IMG/VR virus record: IMGVR_UViG_3300030372_000590
Location: 1-34,638 of that record
DNA from: a virus
Taxonomy: Duplodnaviria > Caudoviricetes
DNA length: 34,638 nucleotides
Direction: 5' to 3' (one strand)
The stretch's first letter is position 1. Each line of letters starts with the position of its first letter. The notes below the pieces were generated by a model. That model ran no database searches. It was not told where the DNA came from and saw only the letters and a list, made by a program, of their open reading frames with translations. Both the position numbers and the translations under genes were made by a program. Shown one piece after another: positions 34,110 to 34,638 of this stretch.

Positions 34110-34525
34110 TATGTATTAAATGTTTTTTCTTTATACTCTCTTCTTAATACTTTTTCTGCGTTACCCCTTCTATCTTCTGAATATATAGGAACTAAAATAT
34201 CTGTCTTTTCTTTAATTGAAATATTTGTAATATTTATACTTGCAGATGCAGCAGTAGTTGTAAGGTATATCATAATAAAATCATTTGGAGTTTTAGCAGT
34301 AAATGTTGAGGTTAAAATACAATCTTGTTCAAAAGTTACAGGATAAGTTTTATTAGCAGTTGTGTTTATTTTATAACCTACTTCGTTTTGACTTATATTA
34401 TATCTTTGAAAATATGTGTTAACATATAGAGTTGCTGTATCAGTACCTGTCGTATTTGTTACTTGAATTTCGTACTCTGTGCCAACAGTTGTAGATAACT
34501 GCTGATATATTCCTGCATAAGATAG
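34109..34525 (-). CDS. 3' part of the 251-aa junction-spanning protein (begins at 339)
   Basis: Open frame ending in TAA at 34109-34111, coupled (TAATG) to the next gene. Confidence 0.85.
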   Translation of the reverse strand, partial: LSYAGIYQQLSTTVGTEYEIQVTNTTGTDTATLYVNTYFQRYNISQNEVGYKINTTANKTYPVTFEQDCILTSTFTAKTPNDFIMIYLTTTAASASINITNISIKEKTDILVPIYSEDRRGNAEKVLRREYKEKTFNT

Positions 34526-34638
34526 TTTTGCTCCAGAAGAAGCAGCGTTAAAAGTAAAATAACCACTACCACTTGTTGGGGCTGCTACTACATAATTTTT
34601 TGTTCCTGTTTCAGTATGAAACCTGTTCCAATGTCCTG
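34526..34638. repeat. Terminal direct repeat, right copy
   Basis: Identical to 1-113. Confidence 0.97.

Noticed and set aside
993-34119. All plus-strand ORFs in the supplied track (e.g. 13085-13363, 29146-29523, 30293-30634, 32438-32860)
   Set aside because: Each lies antisense to a well-supported minus-strand gene, has shadow-type Ser/Leu/Phe-rich composition and shows no recognisable motif.
1-34638. Diversity-generating retroelement, integrase/att site, tRNA genes, stop-codon reassignment
   Set aside because: No reverse transcriptase or template/variable repeat pair, no recombinase motifs and no cloverleaf seen by eye; genes are intact and densely packed in the standard code.

Overview
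The window is a complete, circularly assembled genome of a tailed dsDNA phage with siphovirus-type genes. Bases 1-113 are repeated exactly at 34526-34638, giving a unit length of 34,525 bp. It is AT-rich (roughly 30% GC by eye) and every credible gene is on the minus strand. A Bacteroidota (probably Flavobacteriia) host is inferred from TAnnTTTG/TTTG promoters, A-rich start regions lacking Shine-Dalgarno sequences, and the structural-protein motifs. Modules in transcription order: (1) replication/recombination operon (about 18460 to 12950) with Sak/Rad52-like annealing protein, HTH proteins, a DnaA C-terminal-like protein, SSB-like protein, PD-(D/E)xK nuclease, replication initiator with internal repeats, DUF1599 and VRR-NUC; (2) a very AT-rich island of small genes including a gp88-like Cys-motif protein (about 12760 to 10530); (3) terminase; (4) tail genes, including a -1 frameshifted tail chaperone and a gene crossing the assembly junction; (5) tape measure; (6) Clp protease/scaffold, capsid, tail tube, portal and connector; (7) fibre/spike genes; (8) lysis genes (M15 peptidase, holins) and a metallophosphoesterase. 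I saw no integrase, DNA polymerase, reverse transcriptase, tRNA or CRISPR array. The best leads are non-coding. One is a hairpin-flanked 23-nt segment after the lysis genes that is complementary to the start regions of several early and replication genes (candidate phage sRNA switch). Others are Fur-box-like palindromes at both ends of the AT-rich island, a signal-peptide-only ORF ending at its lipobox Cys, iteron-like arrays and a long strand-specific RNA hairpin. All product calls come from motif recognition, not database searches.
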